NCBI GenBank assembly: GCA_945861715.1
Contig: CAMAVK010000003.1
Span: forward strand, 3,344 to 67,343
Reading direction: 5' to 3'
Origin: Candidatus Woesearchaeota archaeon
GTDB lineage: Archaea; Nanobdellota; Nanobdellia; Woesearchaeales; GW2011-AR9
DNA length: 64,000 nt
Shown: piece after piece, positions 58,790-64,000 of the stretch
Layout: each line of letters begins with the position of its first letter
How positions within the stretch are numbered: position 1 is the first letter of the stretch
Program-made: the position numbers and the translations under genes
Notes under the pieces: model-generated
Seen by the model: only the letters and a program-made list of their open reading frames with translations
The model's database searches: none
Told to the model about the DNA's origin: nothing

Positions 58790-60382
58790 TTAATCAAATA
58801 CTCTTGCAAGATCAATGTTTGCCATAACATTAGTGTTCATATTTTCGGAGCCACGAACTTGTAGAGACCCGCTCACTTTGCCAACTTCTCGTCTATACTT
58901 AATAACACCGGACTTAGCACCCGTATCATAATATGACATCGTAAGCAATCCCTGTTGCGCTAAATCCAATTGCGCAGAAATTCCACCTACACCTAATCCT
59001 AGTCCAACCTGGTCAGGAACATAAGGAGACAGTATCACCTCAGTTGATAATGTGTTCTCGCTTCCGAGCGGTACCTCAATAGTTGTTGCAACTCCCCCAC
59101 TGCCTGAATCTGGTTCGAATCGTATTGTATTCCTATCAACTGCAGCAACAAGATACGGCGTCAACCCTTCGGGATTATATCCTATTACTGATCGAAATGT
59201 TCCATCCTTACTCTCAAACGTTTTCTGATTTGGAAATTGTTTAATTGCAAGCATTCCAGCAACAGCTAAACTTACAGATAATGGTTCAGGTATACCGGTC
59301 TGCTCTTTAATTTGCGTAACCTCAATCCCATTTTCTATTGCACTGGTTTTAACAACTTCAGATACAGAAATCCCTCCTACATAAGAACATCCATTTGCAT
59401 CACACTCTTTTCCCTTAGAAGACAATTTTCGAAATACACCTTCAAGTGAGTCAGCAAGCACTCTTTGATTATGTTCATCCATAATGACAATATTATCACC
59501 TGCTAAAACAGTTTTATCAGATATATGTAACGTTCCCTCTCGAAGTAGCATGGAAGCTTGTTCCATGGTGTATTTAGGTGTGTCATAATCGATACGTAAC
59601 ATGCCTCGTTCACTAGCATCACCGTCCCCTACTTTTCCCACATTTCCAAATTTATCATACACTACCCCCCTTCCTTCAACCGACAAAGATTTCTCAGTAA
59701 GATGTACCTTCATACCATTTTGATCAGAAACAATTCGCGTCCCAAAGGTATCAATCATTTGTGCTCCCTTTGAAAGAACAATCTCCTCTTTTGATTTTAT
59801 TTGGGCACTTGCCATCATATCAGAACTCAAATCATATGTAGCCCCGTCAACCTCAAACTTTCCTTGCGACGTACCCCTCTCGAGCAAAAATCCCCCGTCT
59901 AGAAGAGAAGAAATTTTAGTTCCCATCAAATGTTGATCATTCAAATTAATATGTGGTGCATCTCCATTTGTGAGGATTCCATCCTCATATCGAGCATGAC
60001 CTGAGATTAAATCAACTTTCATTCCAGGGTGTTTCCCAGAAACAACGATTCGTGGTTCAGAATACAAACTCAAATCATCTGCCTTATTCAAATTAGATTC
60101 ATACGCCCATTGCTCTGCTGTTATTCGAGTTTTATCAGATATCTCTTCAATCTTAATTATGTCTGCTCGCAATTCAGAAATCCGATTCAAAGGAACCTCT
60201 GCTTGACTACGTGCACTCCAATCAACCAAATTTAAATCTGCGTTTGGATTATTCAAATCTAAATCTGAGTTAGAATAATCAACACTCTGATCTGCGCTCA
60301 AACCAGTTGGAACACTGTCCTCCGACGCAACCAACAACCCCGAAACGAGTACCATAGCAATAAAGAATACCCACAACCTCAT
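58790..60382 (-). CDS. secreted hypothetical protein (530 aa)
   Basis: N-terminal signal MRLWVFFIAMVLVSGLLVAS; beta-rich. Confidence 0.4.
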   Translation of the reverse strand: MRLWVFFIAMVLVSGLLVASEDSVPTGLSADQSVDYSNSDLDLNNPNADLNLVDWSARSQAEVPLNRISELRADIIKIEEISDKTRITAEQWAYESNLNKADDLSLYSEPRIVVSGKHPGMKVDLISGHARYEDGILTNGDAPHINLNDQHLMGTKISSLLDGGFLLERGTSQGKFEVDGATYDLSSDMMASAQIKSKEEIVLSKGAQMIDTFGTRIVSDQNGMKVHLTEKSLSVEGRGVVYDKFGNVGKVGDGDASERGMLRIDYDTPKYTMEQASMLLREGTLHISDKTVLAGDNIVIMDEHNQRVLADSLEGVFRKLSSKGKECDANGCSYVGGISVSEVVKTSAIENGIEVTQIKEQTGIPEPLSVSLAVAGMLAIKQFPNQKTFESKDGTFRSVIGYNPEGLTPYLVAAVDRNTIRFEPDSGSGGVATTIEVPLGSENTLSTEVILSPYVPDQVGLGLGVGGISAQLDLAQQGLLTMSYYDTGAKSGVIKYRREVGKVSGSLQVRGSENMNTNVMANIDLARVFD

Positions 60383-60423
60383 TCATACACCTCAGGAACT
60401 GGAATTTTAGCTGCAAAGATATA

Positions 60424-61215
60424 TCAAAATGGTTGTCCCAAAACCAAGGTGCTATTATCCGTAATAACAAATACATACGTATCCTGATTATACAAACTCA
60501 TATCAATGCTAAGGTTCGCCTCAAGCAAATAAAATGCATCAATAATATAAGGATTAACAACGAGTTGTTCCACAAAATCATGAACAAATAATTGTAACTT
60601 CCCCAGTTTAACGGGGACCATGACCGGTGCAAAATGATCAAGGTGTTTCTCAGTACCCTCAATAACCACTGCCATTGGCCACGTAACCTCAAATGATACC
60701 TCTCGTTCAGAAATGTGAACAGTTGTATTAACTTCCTCGCTTTTAATTTCAATTCCTCGAAGAATTTGTTCTTGTGACATAAAATCATTAGAAATAACCG
60801 GAGGTGCCGTAAAAATTTCAGGCAAACATTCTTTCAAATGAACATTCATCATCGTGGCAAGCATACCTTCGAGTTCATGTAGCGACAATACACGTGATTC
60901 ATTAAGATAAAAACCATAATTTGCAGAAAAAACTGAGCTATTATAAAACGGCTCTTCTAACCTCAATTTCCCTCCACGTACACCAATAGTATAAATCGAT
61001 CTCTGGGCAACTTGCCGGATACAGGATTCCACCATAAGTTCCACTTGATGAGTTTTTTGATTAAATTCCAATTCCCTTGCCGAGTCAGCTACAAAAGAAG
61101 TTTGAAACCAATTCGACTCAAGTGAAATAACAATCAGTGACGTAACTAAAATAAGGATCCCAACAATCACAAATACTGTAATTTGACCCTTCTTCACCAT
61201 CACTGAAATAAGCAT
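60424..61215 (-). CDS. membrane-anchored hypothetical protein (263 aa)
   Basis: N-terminal TM ITVFVIVGILILVTSLIVISL. Confidence 0.35.
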   Translation of the reverse strand: MLISVMVKKGQITVFVIVGILILVTSLIVISLESNWFQTSFVADSARELEFNQKTHQVELMVESCIRQVAQRSIYTIGVRGGKLRLEEPFYNSSVFSANYGFYLNESRVLSLHELEGMLATMMNVHLKECLPEIFTAPPVISNDFMSQEQILRGIEIKSEEVNTTVHISEREVSFEVTWPMAVVIEGTEKHLDHFAPVMVPVKLGKLQLFVHDFVEQLVVNPYIIDAFYLLEANLSIDMSLYNQDTYVFVITDNSTLVLGQPF

Positions 61216-61321
61216 ATCTCAGTACTTAAATGTAACCTATATCCAGATAGTAAACCATCAGAAAAATAAACCAAAAAAGAAAACAAAAAAAAGAAATTTA
61301 CTCTAAATATGAGCTTCCTAT

Positions 61322-61882
61322 TTACTCAACATTAATAGTTCCAAGCTCTCTTGTGGTAATTCCTTCTGCAATAATACACTTCATCGGCGAGTTAAACGTA
61401 AATTCATACGATTCTCCTGGAGCAAAGATAGAGCTATGCACCGCAACACATTCCCGATTACCCAAAATTAATGCTTTTGACAATCTACCGCTTCGCTCAT
61501 TAACCCATCGAACTGTTTCACCAGCGTTAATGGTAACTTCAGAAGGAACAAAACCAGCGTTGGTAACTTTAATCTCGGTCACACCATCTTCTTTGAATGT
61601 GCTATTGGATTTAGCAGAACCTACCACTTTTGGTGTGGTTTTAACTATCTCATATTCAGCATCCTCAAACATAGGTTCGTCACTTTCAGAGTCCGAGCTC
61701 ACATCTTCTTGATCTGCGCCTGGAGTAGTATCAGCAACAACTGCCCCAGTTATACTTGATGTAGCAACATCTGCTCCCTTATCAACCTGTTCAACTTTAG
61801 ATTGACACCCAGAAACAACAAGTAGCAAAGCTAACAATGCAACGCCTAAAAACAACATTTTATTCTTCAAAAAAGTATTCAT
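61322..61882 (-). CDS. lipoprotein with cupredoxin-like C-terminal domain (Cu ligands not evident)
   Basis: Lipobox LLVVSGC; C-terminal EVTINAGETVRWVNER...ESYEFTF resembles the plastocyanin-like fold pattern. Confidence 0.3.
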   Translation of the reverse strand: MNTFLKNKMLFLGVALLALLLVVSGCQSKVEQVDKGADVATSSITGAVVADTTPGADQEDVSSDSESDEPMFEDAEYEIVKTTPKVVGSAKSNSTFKEDGVTEIKVTNAGFVPSEVTINAGETVRWVNERSGRLSKALILGNRECVAVHSSIFAPGESYEFTFNSPMKCIIAEGITTRELGTINVE

Positions 61883-61898
61883 TTTTTCACCTCAAAAT

Positions 61899-62366
61899 TT
61901 ATGCCCGCACGCGAGACACTACAATTGCGTACTTTATTTTATTTAAAAAACCGTGAGCAGTATACTCAATGGCTCCATTTGCTAAATGCACTCCGAGCAG
62001 ATACTTAATATCTTTTCCCGAGACTAAATCAGTTAGTGTACTTTCATCCATATACACATCAACATCTGGGTTCACGAGTTCAGTAATTGCAAAAGTTGAT
62101 ATGACACTATCCTTAGACTCAATCCCAAGAACAAAATCTTCCCCATTAGCTGCTGTGACATGAATATTAATTGTTTCATCACCAAAGTACGATGCCACCA
62201 TTCCAGAAAGAGGTAATCCTACCACTCGACTTTGAACTGACAAAATCTCAGATTGAATTGACAAACTCCCTTCTTGAATATCCCCGGCTGCCAACACTCC
62301 TACACAAAACATACTAACCAATATAGTAACCGTAATAAACATACGCCATAGTGCCATAGAGACCAC
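61899..62366 (-). CDS. secreted/membrane-anchored hypothetical protein (155 aa)
   Basis: N-terminal hydrophobic signal. Confidence 0.35.
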   Translation of the reverse strand: MVSMALWRMFITVTILVSMFCVGVLAAGDIQEGSLSIQSEILSVQSRVVGLPLSGMVASYFGDETINIHVTAANGEDFVLGIESKDSVISTFAITELVNPDVDVYMDESTLTDLVSGKDIKYLLGVHLANGAIEYTAHGFLNKIKYAIVVSRVRA

Positions 62367-62484
62367 CTATCCTCTCTGGAAAAAATCAAGTTTAAAAGGT
62401 TTGTGTAATATCTTCACTACTATCTACCCATAACCTTCTCTCTACACGAAAAACCTATAAAGCATTCATCCTATAACTCCTTCC

Positions 62485-62790
62485 ATGTTCTGCACAATAT
62501 GTCAAAGCATTATTCTACCCGATAAATCCGGTGCAAAATGTACCAACGGCCATAAACAAACAATACCCAAAACACAAATAACCGAAAAAAACACACTCCC
62601 GCCCCTACCAATTCAAGTCTCCGATGGAAAAAATATTCTCGCCGTACATGACCATGTCTGCACAAAATGTCATTTCAATAAGGCCGAACTAGTCGAGATC
62701 GGCTGCTTCTATTCTGATGAGGATGTTGTAGCACAATACAAATGCGGAAAGTGCGCCCATGTTGATTTAGCCGAAGGAAAGTTACGATAA
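62485..62790 (+). CDS. TFS / RNA polymerase subunit M-type zinc-ribbon protein
   Basis: N-terminal MFCTICQSIILPDKSGAKCTNGH and C-terminal CTKCHFNKAELVEIGCFYSDEDVVAQYKCGKCAHV are TFIIS-type zinc ribbons. Confidence 0.55.
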   Translation: MFCTICQSIILPDKSGAKCTNGHKQTIPKTQITEKNTLPPLPIQVSDGKNILAVHDHVCTKCHFNKAELVEIGCFYSDEDVVAQYKCGKCAHVDLAEGKLR

Positions 62791-62875
62791 GCACGAAATT
62801 AAACCATATAAAACTTATTTATATCACATAAGGACCACATATCCTTTAAAATAAACGGACTTTCTCATATCCAAT

Positions 62876-64000
62876 ATGAGCTCAACCGTACCCATTCCCT
62901 TATACAAAATTCCAGCTTCACCCGAAACAAAAAAATGGGGTGAAAGTCGTGTAGGTCTCTTGTACGAAAAAGTCATCAGTGACAAGAAATTCCAATTCCC
63001 ACTCAATCAGTCCCAGATCTCCTTAATGTATTTTGATTCCTCTCTTCCCGATGCCATAAAAACCGTAAACACCACGGTCCAACTAACAAATCTCGGCACT
63101 CAAACCATTCTCCAACTTCAAAGCGATTCAAAATATCATGCATTTATAATCAATGAACCACTACACTCTCTGTCTCGTGGCTTACTCGAGTGCAGGTATT
63201 TATTAAGCCCACACTTTCTCCCCGAGTTACAATTTGAATCCATTCTTCTCCCACAAAATAAACGTATATCAATAGCTGCAGAGCTTGATACAATAGAACA
63301 ATTCAATCTCTATTGCCTTGAGCAAACCCCACTTCCCAATCTTACAAAACAAATAAATCTATATGACACCCCAACTCACCATCTTCTCCAAGGTCACATC
63401 AATGATCTAGCACGTTCAAGTGATGCTATCAGGCTAGTCCGAGATACCGTTACATCAAGAAACGCCAAAAAAAGAAAGCTCACAACCAAAGGTGTGCCAC
63501 CAAGAATATCTCAAAGCGACCAAGAAAACAGTATTCAAGACGGACTTGATAACAGAGAAGCGGACGTAGATGATGAACGTATTTCCGAGGTTGACTTTGA
63601 TCTCGCCCCGAAAAATAAAGTCCCCGCCAAATCCAGAAATTCTCCCACACACAAACCATTAACAAAAGCGGATAGTCGTCTAAGTGCTGATCAACTTATG
63701 CATAATGGAATTCACTCCGCATTATTTTCACGTGATGAAGAAAAATCAATATTCACTGGTCTACATTCACTTAAAGAGGTGTACACCCAGATGTATGATC
63801 TTCTCGTTTTAGATTATCGAGTTGACCTTCGTCAATCACACACAACTAAGGATCTCAACCATCCCGACACACAAAAAGGAATATTTTTTAGCGCCTTAGA
63901 ACAAACACTCCTAACCGGTCAGTTTGTAGGCCAGGGTTTCTTTGATGAAATTAACCTCAATGCACAAGACCAAAATGAATTAACTCAAAATGAGTCTGAA
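62876..64000 (+). CDS. hypothetical protein, 5' part (375 or more codons; runs off the window end)
   Basis: My translation shows an uninterrupted frame from the ATG at 62876 to the end of the window. TATA box CCTTTAAAATAAA lies about 25 nt upstream. Not in the supplied ORF track, presumably because no stop falls in the window. Confidence 0.45.
   Translation, partial: MSSTVPIPLYKIPASPETKKWGESRVGLLYEKVISDKKFQFPLNQSQISLMYFDSSLPDAIKTVNTTVQLTNLGTQTILQLQSDSKYHAFIINEPLHSLSRGLLECRYLLSPHFLPELQFESILLPQNKRISIAAELDTIEQFNLYCLEQTPLPNLTKQINLYDTPTHHLLQGHINDLARSSDAIRLVRDTVTSRNAKKRKLTTKGVPPRISQSDQENSIQDGLDNREADVDDERISEVDFDLAPKNKVPAKSRNSPTHKPLTKADSRLSADQLMHNGIHSALFSRDEEKSIFTGLHSLKEVYTQMYDLLVLDYRVDLRQSHTTKDLNHPDTQKGIFFSALEQTLLTGQFVGQGFFDEINLNAQDQNELTQNESE

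Noticed and set aside
1-64000. CRISPR array, rRNA genes, integrase or transposase genes
   Set aside because: I found no tandem 25-40-nt repeat-spacer arrays, no rRNA-like conserved stretches, and no recognisable integrase or transposase ORFs. The only repeats are the 28-nt element (3 copies) and the tRNA-Ser partial duplicate.

Overview
This 64 kb window looks like a gene-dense, low-GC archaeal chromosomal segment, with about 70 coding genes and short intergenic spacers. I infer a small-genome, DPANN-like archaeon from the evidence below.

Archaeal hallmarks I recognise by motif: translation elongation factor 1-alpha (36358-37650, -), ribosomal proteins S10 (33664-34008, -) and S17e (671-856, +), Elp3 (57022-58698, -), diphthine synthase Dph5 (52893-53651, -) and a split Dph2 (45648-46683, -), a TFS/RpoM-type zinc-ribbon protein, a Bat-like HTH_10 regulator, and AT-rich TATA boxes about 22-27 nt upstream of leaderless ATGs. 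I can fold three tRNA genes by hand, all with introns: tRNA-Asn(GTT) at 17302-17396 (-), tRNA-Ser(TGA) at 31147-31251 (-), and tRNA-Gly(TCC) at 38599-38732 (+) with two introns, one at a non-canonical T-arm position.

Other confident calls: a family B DNA polymerase (8629-10755) with divergent exonuclease and YGDTDS motifs; UbiB/ABC1 kinase; SRAP (YedK/HMCES-like, starts MCGR); a SprT/Spartan-like HEMIH metalloprotease; Sua5/YrdC; RumA/TrmA-type Fe-S RNA uracil methyltransferase; pentapeptide-repeat protein; DJ-1/PfpI; IMPase/CysQ; two giant membrane-anchored S8 subtilases (1198 and 1061 aa); a eukaryotic-like Ser/Thr kinase; PyrD; a NodB-type polysaccharide deacetylase; a PutA-like bifunctional proline dehydrogenase/P5C dehydrogenase (1009 aa); a calcineurin-like phosphoesterase; a SAM methyltransferase; a nitroreductase with a divergent HxlR regulator; an AbiEii-like nucleotidyltransferase; and a LAGLIDADG endonuclease-like gene.

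The most interesting unexplained structure is an island of about 5.4 kb (about 6850-12290) bounded by two identical 28-nt direct repeats, each sitting just downstream of a TATA box. A third, degenerate copy lies at about 39545. The island carries SRAP, the divergent PolB, a degenerate RadB/KaiC-like RecA-fold gene, and an unannotated antitoxin plus RelE/ParE-like toxin pair in which the toxin is interrupted by an in-frame TGA.

Other notable observations: a tandem pair of translationally coupled paralogs inserted into the normally conserved tuf-rpsJ linkage; a partial duplicate of the tRNA-Ser 3' half with a 38-nt insertion, which looks like an att-site remnant; Dph2 split by TAA plus one nucleotide; and an unlisted ORF running off the right edge (62876-64000).

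I found no CRISPR array and no rRNA. All calls rest on motif recognition by eye. Coordinates of features I derived by hand may be off by 1-2 nt.
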